Assembly: GCA_017549925.1 (NCBI GenBank)
Contig: JAFYNA010000054.1
Coordinates: 1-47,335 of the forward strand
Source: Clostridia bacterium
Lineage (GTDB): Bacteria > Bacillota > Clostridia > Oscillospirales > CAG-382
DNA: 47,335 bases
Direction of reading: 5' to 3'
The notes under the pieces were generated by a model that saw nothing but the letters and a program-made list of their open reading frames with translations, had not been told where the DNA came from and did no database searches. Made by a program: the position numbers and the translations under genes. Below, in pieces: positions 16,920 through 24,935 of this stretch. Every line of letters starts with the position of its first letter. Within the stretch, counting starts at the first letter, position 1.

Positions 16920-17951
16920 TTAGATACGCAGGGTCTCCAGCTCAACGGTCTCTTTGCGAACCTTTGCCTTGTCCTTCATGCCCATCAAGAAGATGATGGT
17001 GCCGATCAAAGCAAACAGCAGGCTGAAGCAGAGCAGCTTATAGAAGGTTGCCGCGTAGTTGAAGGCGGGGTCGGATGCGGTGGAGCGGAGATGGATCAAC
17101 CACATAGCGGGAATGGACATGGCCTTCCCCAAAGCAAATCCCTGCGCCTTGGCAAACTCTACGAAGGTGCCGAGGTACTGACCCAGCATAACGCAAACCA
17201 AAGAAACGGATGCAACGATAGCGTAAGCGCTGTTGCAGGGCTGCTTGCTGAACAGAGTGAATCCGCGGTATACCAAGAACGCGGTGACGAACCCGAAAAT
17301 GCTGAACACGTAGCTCATTTCAAATGCGGAGTCGCTGAAAATGGGGGCGACGAAGTAATACAGCAGGAAGTACAAAAGAATACCGATCAAGCCGCCTGCC
17401 AAAGCACCTGCAAGACCGAGAGCGGTCTTTTTGGGCAACGCATTGCCGTCGGTTTCGGGAGCCTTAGAAGCCTCTTCCATCTTCTCCAGTGCACAATGCT
17501 CACACAAAAGGAAATTGTTCTTTCCCTTGTTCAGCTTTTTGGGTAAACGCTTGCCGATCTTGTTACCGCAGCAGCTGCACTGGGTCACGCCGATCAATTC
17601 GTTTTCCTTTGCCATTTCCACCAAAAGATCGACGAGGGGAACAAAATCCTCGTCGGTGCAGTTTACCGTGCAGGAAAGACCGTCCACGTCTATGTGATAA
17701 TCCGTAACGTAATATTCCTCAGTAGCAGACTTAAAGCTCTCGGAAAGCTCCAAGAGGCGAACGGAATCGTCCTCCTCGTCACTGGGGGGCATATAGTAGT
17801 TGACAAAAACGGATTTCTGATTTCCGCTATCATAAAGGGAGATGAGATAATCGCCGTAGACACCGTACATATGAGAGAGCTTAGCATTTGCCTTCTCCGC
17901 GTATGTAAAGCCCAGATCCTCTGCGACGAGCTGTAAAGATTTACTGACCAT
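16920..17951 (-). CDS. Hypothetical membrane protein: soluble N-domain, Cys4 zinc-ribbon-like motif, then ~5 TM helices
   Basis: This is the real part of the 955-aa ORF. AAGGAG lies 10 nt before the ATG at 17951 (MVSKSLQ...). Motif CSCCGNK...x...CEHC, then hydrophobic segments (LGLAGALAGGLIGILLYFLLYYF etc.). The rest of the ORF (to 19787) is an antisense shadow of the gene at 18135. Confidence 0.7.
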   Translation of the reverse strand: MVSKSLQLVAEDLGFTYAEKANAKLSHMYGVYGDYLISLYDSGNQKSVFVNYYMPPSDEEDDSVRLLELSESFKSATEEYYVTDYHIDVDGLSCTVNCTDEDFVPLVDLLVEMAKENELIGVTQCSCCGNKIGKRLPKKLNKGKNNFLLCEHCALEKMEEASKAPETDGNALPKKTALGLAGALAGGLIGILLYFLLYYFVAPIFSDSAFEMSYVFSIFGFVTAFLVYRGFTLFSKQPCNSAYAIVASVSLVCVMLGQYLGTFVEFAKAQGFALGKAMSIPAMWLIHLRSTASDPAFNYAATFYKLLCFSLLFALIGTIIFLMGMKDKAKVRKETVELETLRI

Positions 17952-18076
17952 AGCTTGCATACTCCTTACCAAAGATAGGCATAGTATACTCCTTTTAAAA
18001 GCCGTTTTGATTAACACATTGTTAATATTTTGCCGAAATGCAAATTTTTTTGCATTTTTTTGACCGCTGACCCGTC

Positions 18077-18104
18077 TTGACATTTCTCCACAACATGGTA
18101 TAAT
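18077..18104 (+). promoter_or_regulatory. sigma-A type promoter for the large GHL10-like lipoprotein
   Basis: TTGACA (18077-18082), 16 nt, TATAAT (18099-18104) preceded by TGG (extended -10). Confidence 0.65.
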
Positions 18105-18134
18105 AAAAGAAATATAACCCGTGAGGAAAAGTAT

Positions 18135-21100
18135 ATGAAACGTTTGAAACAAAAGTTTTCTCGGGCATTGGTTCTGCTGTTGGGAGCGTGTCTGCTGTTG
18201 ACCTCCTGCAGTGAGGATCTGCCCGTCGGCGAGTCCTCTGCACCTGCCGAGGAATATCCCGGCTACAACGGCGTCTTCACCGTTACCCTTGACGGTAAGG
18301 AATTTTCCGCCACCCACCTGAACTGTCCTCCCGCAGAGGAATCCGTGGTGCTTTACACCAAGGCGTATGAAAACGAGGGCACGCCTGTGCTGACCCTTTC
18401 CGGTACTTGTACCGGCAGAACCGCCATTACCGTGCGGGCCGAGACGGAGGGCGGGATCACGGAATATTCCGTCAGCAGTATCGATGAGGATACCTTCGAC
18501 GGGCTTCCCATTCCTCACAACGGCTTTGTGATCACCCTTCCCACCGCTTCCTTGGAGGGGTTGCGCATCCGTTCCGGAATGGAGGTTGCCGTGGCAGGAG
18601 ACGATGTGATCGGAGGCTTGGAGCGTATGGATGTAGGCACCTTCCGTCCCAACAATGAATACCGCAATCTCTTGAAGCGCCGCATTTCCTTTGCAGATCC
18701 CGTAGCGGGCGTTTCCGCGGAGGGCATCTACTATCTGAGTGCGGAATATACCAAAAACGCCGTCACCCTTCCCGCAGGCTCTGCGGTAGCAGTGCTGCAG
18801 GACGGCAAGGTGGCATCCGTCACGGTAGGGGAAAGCTCTGCCGCAGGGGAAGAGCAGTTGGTATTCGTGGGTGCCTATAACGCCGCCTATGCAACCACCT
18901 TCCTGACCGCAGGCACCTCTGTTACGCTGTCTGATTTGGAGCTGGTCTCCTCCTATTCCGATACGGAAGCTGTGGTCATCGGCGAGAAGATCTACTCCGT
19001 GCAGGAGGGCGGCTATAACAATGACCGCATCACCGAGAGCGGTGTGTATCTCTACGATATGAATGGCGGAAGCCTTTCCACCCCCGATTCCGACGTGGAT
19101 CGAATCGACGTGATCATCCTCAATGACGTGGTCACCTATATCAACCAAAAGAACACCCGCTCCATGCTCCCCTTGGCAGGCGGCGTAGCCGTCACCTTCG
19201 CAGGAGATATGGTCTCCGTAGCGGAGAGCCTTACCGTGGGCACGGAGATCATTTCCGTGCTGGTCGATACCGCAACCCTGCCGCAGAACCACGTTCGCAT
19301 CGGAAACGTGGCCTACGATATTCAGAAATTCAACACCATCCGTGCCCCCGAGGGTGTCAGCCTGCTGTATACCCCGGAGTTCGGTGCCACCACCCAAACC
19401 AACCCTTACGGCGTGGAGATCGCCATTGCCGACGGCGTTGTGGTTGCCGCAGAAAAAGGCATCGGCGATATCGAGATCCCTCAAAACGGATACGTTCTCA
19501 GCATCCACCAGGATCATCCCCTGTATAAGTCCGCCTGCTCTGTTAAGAAGGGCGATGCCGCCAGAGTTTCTCTCGGCGAGCAGAATTACAACGTCACCTC
19601 CTTGACGGTCAACGGCATCAACGTCACCCGCCAGGCAGACTTCTTGGTGGTCTACCGCAACAAGGCCACCACAGGCAGTAACGAATACGGCTATGAGATT
19701 TTGGTGGATAAAGACGGCTACATGGTAGGGGATTCCTACTCCGGTAACGCCGCCATTCCCCAGGGAGGCTACGTCCTCTCCGGTCACGGCACCAACAAGA
19801 CCGCATTGGAAAACGCTTATTGCTACGGCGCAAAGGTCTTCTTTGACGACAAGACCATGCGCATCACCACCGTCTCCACTCCCGAGAATTTGTTCATCGA
19901 TGCCGCAGTGCGTCTGGACGAGATCAAGTCTCGCTTGGAGAACGCCAAGCTCACCCTGGCTTATCTGGATTATAATGGTCTGGACGGCATGATTGCCGAC
20001 GTTTCCGCAACCCTGGTGGAAGCCAAGGATGCCTTTGGGAACTGTCTCTACGAAGAGGCTTTATCCAAGCTTTCCACAGTGGACGATGCTTGGGACACTC
20101 TGCTGTACTCTCTCATCGAGGCCCATCCCGTAGAGAACCGCGCCGTGTGGTACCGCAGCGCAGAGAAGAGCGATGAGCAGGTCAGAGAAGTGGTGGAGAA
20201 GATGAAGCTTCTGAACATCAACACCGTTTATCTCGAAACCTGGTACAATGGCAGCTTTACCGGTTATTCCGACAACGACCTCATCAAGCACTGCACCTAC
20301 AACGGTAATTATGACGCTCTGGAAGGCTTTGTGCGCATTTGTCACGAAAACGGCATCGAAGTCCACGCATGGGTGCAAAACTTCTTCATCGGCACCGTAG
20401 AGGCGCAGGAGCAGGCCAACATGGCACTGGCTCAGTATTTCCCCGATTGGCTCAAGGATAAGAACGGCAAGAACACCTATTTCTATTCCGCCTCCAACAC
20501 CAACTTCATCTTCTTGAACCCCTACGATGAAGAGGTTCGTACTTTCTTGATCGACTTCTACAAGGAGATGATCACCAAGTACGATATCGACGGCATCCAC
20601 TTGGATTACATCCGTTTCCCCGAGCTGAACTATGGCTCCGTGGACTTCGGCTATAACGAGAACATCGTCTCCGCATGGCAGATGGAGAACAACACCACCG
20701 TTAACCCCGCCAAGCTCACCGCGGGCGCCCAGTACCAGTCTTGGGTGAAGTTCCGCCAAGAGATCATCAACAGCTTCGTTAAGGAAGTCTTCGAGATGGT
20801 CAAGGCAACCGACCCCGACACATGGCTTTCCGCCGCAGTATACCCCGGCATCCCCTCCATTAAGAATGATATCTTCCAGGATTGCGAGAACTGGGTGCAG
20901 AACGGCTATATGGACGAGCTTTTCTCCATGTCCTACGGTGCGGATAACGCCTACGTTGCAAACAACGCCTCCAAATTCGTTGCTCTGGCAGGGGATGACT
21001 GCTTCTATTCCACCGGCATCTCCGCCTTTGGCGAAACCGTTTCCATGAACTTTGCTTTGCAGATGACCGAGGTAAGAGAAGTCGGCGCAGACGGCGTGGC

Positions 21101-21530
21101 CATCTTCTCCTTGGCCAACATCGATGCCTCCAACTATCTGTACCCCGTTACCGAGGGTGCCTTCCGCAATTCCTCTGTCCAAACGGATAAGCTGAGCCTC
21201 ACCGTAGCCGCCCAGCTGGAATACGTCTTGGATAAGGCGAAGAACGTCTATATGCCCTACGCAGGTCTCACCGAGGAGGACTACCAAGCCCTCTCCGCGT
21301 TGCTGACTCCCATTTTGGAGGACGCCGAGAAGTTCGACCTCTCCACCGCAACGCTGGGGGAGAAGAAGGCCTATTGCGAAACCACCATCAAGAGCTTGAC
21401 AAAAGCTATGGATGCCGCTAAGGCTCTCTTTGACGATCCCGAACACAGCAAGGTTGCCGCAGAGGATCTGCAGGATCTGATCTCCTGGCTCACCAAGAGT
21501 CAGAACCGTATCGAGGCAAGACTTTCGTAA
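18135..21530 (+). CDS. Large (1131 aa) GHL10/DUF187-family glycoside-hydrolase-like lipoprotein
   Basis: Signal peptide plus lipobox (LLLTSC). Three beta modules with P-x-[NG]G[FY]V[IL][ST]. A helical linker. GHL10-like core (NINTVYLETWYNG, VHAWVQNFFIG, DGIHLDYIRFP). Confidence 0.85.
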   Translation: MKRLKQKFSRALVLLLGACLLLTSCSEDLPVGESSAPAEEYPGYNGVFTVTLDGKEFSATHLNCPPAEESVVLYTKAYENEGTPVLTLSGTCTGRTAITVRAETEGGITEYSVSSIDEDTFDGLPIPHNGFVITLPTASLEGLRIRSGMEVAVAGDDVIGGLERMDVGTFRPNNEYRNLLKRRISFADPVAGVSAEGIYYLSAEYTKNAVTLPAGSAVAVLQDGKVASVTVGESSAAGEEQLVFVGAYNAAYATTFLTAGTSVTLSDLELVSSYSDTEAVVIGEKIYSVQEGGYNNDRITESGVYLYDMNGGSLSTPDSDVDRIDVIILNDVVTYINQKNTRSMLPLAGGVAVTFAGDMVSVAESLTVGTEIISVLVDTATLPQNHVRIGNVAYDIQKFNTIRAPEGVSLLYTPEFGATTQTNPYGVEIAIADGVVVAAEKGIGDIEIPQNGYVLSIHQDHPLYKSACSVKKGDAARVSLGEQNYNVTSLTVNGINVTRQADFLVVYRNKATTGSNEYGYEILVDKDGYMVGDSYSGNAAIPQGGYVLSGHGTNKTALENAYCYGAKVFFDDKTMRITTVSTPENLFIDAAVRLDEIKSRLENAKLTLAYLDYNGLDGMIADVSATLVEAKDAFGNCLYEEALSKLSTVDDAWDTLLYSLIEAHPVENRAVWYRSAEKSDEQVREVVEKMKLLNINTVYLETWYNGSFTGYSDNDLIKHCTYNGNYDALEGFVRICHENGIEVHAWVQNFFIGTVEAQEQANMALAQYFPDWLKDKNGKNTYFYSASNTNFIFLNPYDEEVRTFLIDFYKEMITKYDIDGIHLDYIRFPELNYGSVDFGYNENIVSAWQMENNTTVNPAKLTAGAQYQSWVKFRQEIINSFVKEVFEMVKATDPDTWLSAAVYPGIPSIKNDIFQDCENWVQNGYMDELFSMSYGADNAYVANNASKFVALAGDDCFYSTGISAFGETVSMNFALQMTEVREVGADGVAIFSLANIDASNYLYPVTEGAFRNSSVQTDKLSLTVAAQLEYVLDKAKNVYMPYAGLTEEDYQALSALLTPILEDAEKFDLSTATLGEKKAYCETTIKSLTKAMDAAKALFDDPEHSKVAAEDLQDLISWLTKSQNRIEARLS

Positions 21531-21546
21531 TTTTTCCCGCTTCCCC

Positions 21547-21575
21547 TTGACAAACTGCAAAAACTGTGCTATATT
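21547..21575 (+). promoter_or_regulatory. sigma-A type promoter for the 34-codon ORF
   Basis: TTGACA (21547-21552), 17 nt, TATATT (21570-21575) with TGc extended -10. Confidence 0.65.
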
Positions 21576-21607
21576 GAGTGAAAATTTTTGAGAAAGGAAC
21601 TACGACA

Positions 21608-21712
21608 ATGGCAATCTATTCTTCTATGATGCAGATGAATACCACCGCCCAGCTTTGGACTCGCGTACCCCACGTGAAGACAGGCTTGTATTGTCGTACT
21701 CTTTTATCGTAA
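21608..21712 (+). CDS. Candidate small protein (34 aa) MAIYSSMMQMNTTAQLWTRVPHVKTGLYCRTLLS
   Basis: GAAAGGAA RBS 8 nt before the ATG. It has its own promoter upstream and a strong terminator 24 nt after the stop. Below the ORF-track length cutoff. Coding status unproven. Confidence 0.35.
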   Translation: MAIYSSMMQMNTTAQLWTRVPHVKTGLYCRTLLS

Positions 21713-21736
21713 ATTTTATCCAATTCACGAATGAAG

Positions 21737-21780
21737 AAACGGTGCAAGTCGATGTATTTCGATCTGCACCGTTTTTTATT
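21737..21780 (+). terminator. Intrinsic terminator after the small ORF
   Basis: AAACGGTGCAAGTCGA, 6 nt, TCGATCTGCACCGTTT (16-nt arms, 2 mismatches), followed by TTTTTTATT. Confidence 0.8.
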
Positions 21781-21794
21781 ATTTCAAGCCGCGA

Positions 21795-21853
21795 ACCACA
21801 GGCTCCCTCCGGGAGGGAGCTGTCGCCGTCGGCGACTGAGGGAGCTCGCGAGC
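21795..21853 (+). repeat. GC-rich REP-like hairpin element, copy A
   Basis: GCTCCCTC/GAGGGAGC hairpin (21802-21820). GTCGCC-GTC-GGCGAC hairpin (21822-21836). A second GAGGGAGC. Palindrome GCTCGCGAGC (21844-21853). Confidence 0.55.
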
Positions 21854-21951
21854 AACAAAACCGCTCATGCCTCCATTCTCTCCGCCCTGGCCCGGCTCGG
21901 TTTCCCGCTTCTTATTTGTGGCTAATCAACATCCCGAAAGGAAACAACCCC

Positions 21952-22803
21952 ATGAAAACCATCGATCCCACCGTGCTGGCAGGATACAATGCCGGCATCG
22001 AACGAGACCGCCTGCGAACAGGCATGGGTCTCATCGAATTTGAACGCACCAAGGAGCTTCTCGTGGAGCACCTACCAAAGCCTCCCGCCGTGATCTATGA
22101 CATTGGCGGCGGATACGGAGAATACGCCTGGTGGCTGGCCTCTTTGGGCTATGAAGTTCATCTCTTCGACCTTTCTGAGACCAATATCGCCATGAGTAGG
22201 GAATTGGCGGCAGAATATCCCCATACCGCCTTGGCCTCCGCCACGGTCTGCGATGCAAGAGACATCCCAAGAGAAAGCAAAACCGCAGATGCCATCTTGC
22301 TGATGGGGCCGCTCTATTCCATCACCGACTATCACGAACGCCTCTCCGCCCTCGGGGAATCACGCCGCCTGCTGAAGGATGAGGGCATCCTCTTTTCCGC
22401 CGCCATCACTCCCTACGGCGCCCTCGTCGCCCGCATCACTGCCTACCGCGCCTCCGAAAGTAAAAAGAGCTTTGAGCTTGACGACCCCGCCGTGCTTGCC
22501 ATGATGGCAAAAGCCCTCTCCGACGGATGCTACGAAAATCCCAATCGGTCCATCTCCTCGGGTCTGGGAAGCTCTCATATGCACACCGCCAAAGCTCTGC
22601 GAGAGGAGCTGACCGCAGGCGGCTTTCGAACCCTCTCTATCCACGGCGTCATGGGCGGCGCTTGGCTGGCACCCAACCTCCATGCCTTGATGACCACCCC
22701 CGATACAAAAGAAACCTTGATGAAAACCGTCCGTATGCTGGATACCCATGAGGAGATTCTCGGCCTCTCCGGACATCTGCTGGCTATCTCAAGAAAACAC
22801 TAA
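21952..22803 (+). CDS. Class I SAM-dependent methyltransferase
   Basis: Motif I VIYDIGGGYGEYAWWLASLGYEVHLFDLSE. GAAAGGAA RBS 9 nt before ATG 21952. The ORF-track extension from 21655 runs through a terminator and the REP-like element. Confidence 0.85.
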   Translation: MKTIDPTVLAGYNAGIERDRLRTGMGLIEFERTKELLVEHLPKPPAVIYDIGGGYGEYAWWLASLGYEVHLFDLSETNIAMSRELAAEYPHTALASATVCDARDIPRESKTADAILLMGPLYSITDYHERLSALGESRRLLKDEGILFSAAITPYGALVARITAYRASESKKSFELDDPAVLAMMAKALSDGCYENPNRSISSGLGSSHMHTAKALREELTAGGFRTLSIHGVMGGAWLAPNLHALMTTPDTKETLMKTVRMLDTHEEILGLSGHLLAISRKH

Positions 22804-22898
22804 AATTTCGTCTATCCATGTTCACCAAACCTACCGCGAGCTCACAGCCCCTTAGCATAGGGGAAGTTTAATCCAACACTGCAGAAAGGAGCTTTACC

Positions 22899-23696
22899 AT
22901 GGAAACCAAAGACTACCTAAACACCTATTACCAAAATTACGACGAGGAAAACCGCTTGGCCTCCCGCTACGGTAGCGTAGAATACCTCACCACCATGCGC
23001 TATATCAAAAAATACCTCCGCCCGGATAGCCGCATCCTGGAGATCGGCGCCGCCACGGGCAGATACAGCCACGCCTTAGCAAGGGAAGGCTACCAAGTAG
23101 ATGCCGTGGAGCTTCTTGAACACAATATCGAGCTCTTCCGCCGCAACACCCTTCCCAACGAACCCGTCACCGTCACCCAAGGCAACGCCACGGATCTCCA
23201 TGCCTTCCCTGATAACACCTACGACCTCACCCTCCTCTTAGGCCCCATGTACCACCTTTTTACCGAAGAAGACAAGCTGAAAGCCCTCTCGGAGGCTATC
23301 CGCGTCACCAAGCCCCGCGGCGTGATCTTCGCCGCCTATTGTATGGCAGACCCCACTGTCCTCACCTACGGCTTCATCCGCGGTGAGATCCATAATATCA
23401 TCGAGAAATGTATGGTGGATCCCCAAACCTTCAAAGCCTTCTCCAAGCCCTGGGACATCTTCGAGCTCCACCGCAAAGAAGATATCGACACACTACGCAA
23501 CGCTTTCCCCGTGAAACAACTCCACTTCGTCGCCTCCGACGGTTACGCCAACCATATGCGCCCCACCTTAGAATCCATGGACGACGAAACCTTCCAACTC
23601 TACCTCCGCTACCACTTCGCCACCTGCGAAAGGGGAGATATGATCGGCATCTCCCACCACACCTTAGATATCTTCCGAAAGGAGTCCCGCCCATGA
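22899..23696 (+). CDS. Class I SAM-dependent methyltransferase (paralog type of the preceding gene)
   Basis: RILEIGAATGRYSHALAREGYQVDAVELLEHNI. GAAAGGAG RBS. Confidence 0.85.
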   Translation: METKDYLNTYYQNYDEENRLASRYGSVEYLTTMRYIKKYLRPDSRILEIGAATGRYSHALAREGYQVDAVELLEHNIELFRRNTLPNEPVTVTQGNATDLHAFPDNTYDLTLLLGPMYHLFTEEDKLKALSEAIRVTKPRGVIFAAYCMADPTVLTYGFIRGEIHNIIEKCMVDPQTFKAFSKPWDIFELHRKEDIDTLRNAFPVKQLHFVASDGYANHMRPTLESMDDETFQLYLRYHFATCERGDMIGISHHTLDIFRKESRP

Positions 23697-24289
23697 ACAA
23701 ACACCTCGTCATCCTCCTCGGCCCCCACGCCGTGGGGAAAATGACCGTAGGCCAGGAGCTTTCCAAAATAACGCCTCTGCGCCTGTTCCATAACCATATG
23801 TCCATCGAGCTTGCCCGTAAGCTGTTTGCTCACAACGAGCCGGAGTTTCGCTTGCTTAACGACTCCATCCGCCAAACGGTGTTCCGTCTGTTTGCCAAAG
23901 GAGATTTCCCCGGGCTGATCTTCACCTATATGTGTGATTTCGATCAGCAAAGCGAATTTGACTACCTGCAAAATTTGATCCAACTCTTCCGCGGCGAGGG
24001 CGCATCCTGCCACGTGGTGGAGCTGACCGCCGACTTCGATGTCCGTATAGAGCGGAACAAAACGGAAAACCGCCTCTATCATAAGGAATCCAAACGGGAT
24101 CTTGCCTGGAGCGAAGCCGAAATGCGCCGTACTTCAGCCCTCCACCGCCTCAATTCCCGGGACGGGGAAGACCTCCCCTTTGAGAGCTACCTGAAAATCG
24201 ATAACACTCACCTCACCCCCGACGCAGTAGCACTGCAGATCAAAAATCATTTCCGCTTGCCGGATATACAGAAAGGAGACACTCCATGA
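23693..24289 (+). CDS. P-loop NTPase, small-molecule kinase-like (AAA/shikimate-kinase-like fold)
   Basis: MNKHLVILLGPHAVGKMTVGQEL (Walker A-like). ATGA start/stop overlap with the upstream gene. GAAAGGAG RBS 8 nt upstream. Confidence 0.75.
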   Translation: MNKHLVILLGPHAVGKMTVGQELSKITPLRLFHNHMSIELARKLFAHNEPEFRLLNDSIRQTVFRLFAKGDFPGLIFTYMCDFDQQSEFDYLQNLIQLFRGEGASCHVVELTADFDVRIERNKTENRLYHKESKRDLAWSEAEMRRTSALHRLNSRDGEDLPFESYLKIDNTHLTPDAVALQIKNHFRLPDIQKGDTP

Positions 24290-24831
24290 TTTTTCCCACC
24301 AAAACCATCACCTTAAAAAACGGCAAAACCGCCGTCTTAAAGACCGCCGCTCCCGAACACGCCGCCGAGATGCTGGCCCTTCTTAAAACCACCGCAGGAG
24401 AGACGGACTTCCTCTTGCGTTACCCTGAGGAGTGGACGCTTACCGAAGAGCGCGAGGCAGAAATGCTCCGCGGAATGGCGGCCAACCCGTCCATGCTCCC
24501 CATCGCCTGCTTTGTAGACGGCGAGGTGGCGGGAAACAGCCATATCGCCTTCGGGCAAGGCATGAAACAAGGCCACCGTGCCTCTATCGGTATCGCACTG
24601 GCCAAGAAGTATTGGGGCTTGGGAATCGGCTCTGCTTTGATGGAGGAGCTGATTGCCGCCGCAAAGGAGCACGGCACAGAGATCATCGAATTGGAATATA
24701 TCCAAGGAAATGACCGCGCGAAGCGCCTCTACGAAAAATACGGCTTCAAAACCGTCGCGGAAAAACCCAACGTCATCCGCCTGAAAAACGGCACCTACCT
24801 CTCGGAATTCTATATGCAAAAATATCTGTAA
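24286..24831 (+). CDS. GNAT family N-acetyltransferase
   Basis: Acetyl-CoA binding pattern ...KYWGLGIGSALMEELIAAAKEHG... and RLYEKYGF. ATGA overlap with the upstream gene. Confidence 0.85.
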   Translation: MIFPTKTITLKNGKTAVLKTAAPEHAAEMLALLKTTAGETDFLLRYPEEWTLTEEREAEMLRGMAANPSMLPIACFVDGEVAGNSHIAFGQGMKQGHRASIGIALAKKYWGLGIGSALMEELIAAAKEHGTEIIELEYIQGNDRAKRLYEKYGFKTVAEKPNVIRLKNGTYLSEFYMQKYL

Positions 24832-24845
24832 AGCATTTTTGTCCC

Positions 24846-24935
24846 ACCTCCTTCGTCCGCCCATGTTCCTCTTCACCCCTCGCGAGACCGTAGGGGACGA
24901 CGCCCTTCGGCGTCCCGGAAGGAGGAGGTTTTCGC
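24846..24935 (-). repeat. GC-rich REP-like hairpin element, copy B (inverted relative to copy A)
   Basis: Outer arms CCTCCTTC (24847-24854) / GAAGGAGG (24918-24925). Inner GACGCC-CTTC-GGCGTC hairpin. The reverse complement shares the order GCGAA..CTCC(C/T)TCCGGGA..hairpin..CTCGCGAG with copy A. Confidence 0.5.

Noticed and set aside
17952-19787. Upstream 600+ codons of the 955-aa minus-strand ORF
   Set aside because: This part is antisense to the GHL10 lipoprotein gene and crosses its promoter. The real gene starts at 17951, with AAGGAG 10 nt upstream.
21655-21951. 99-codon N-terminal extension of the first methyltransferase ORF
   Set aside because: It overlaps the small ORF in another frame and reads through an intrinsic terminator and the REP-like hairpins. 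A good RBS precedes the ATG at 21952, where methyltransferase homology begins.
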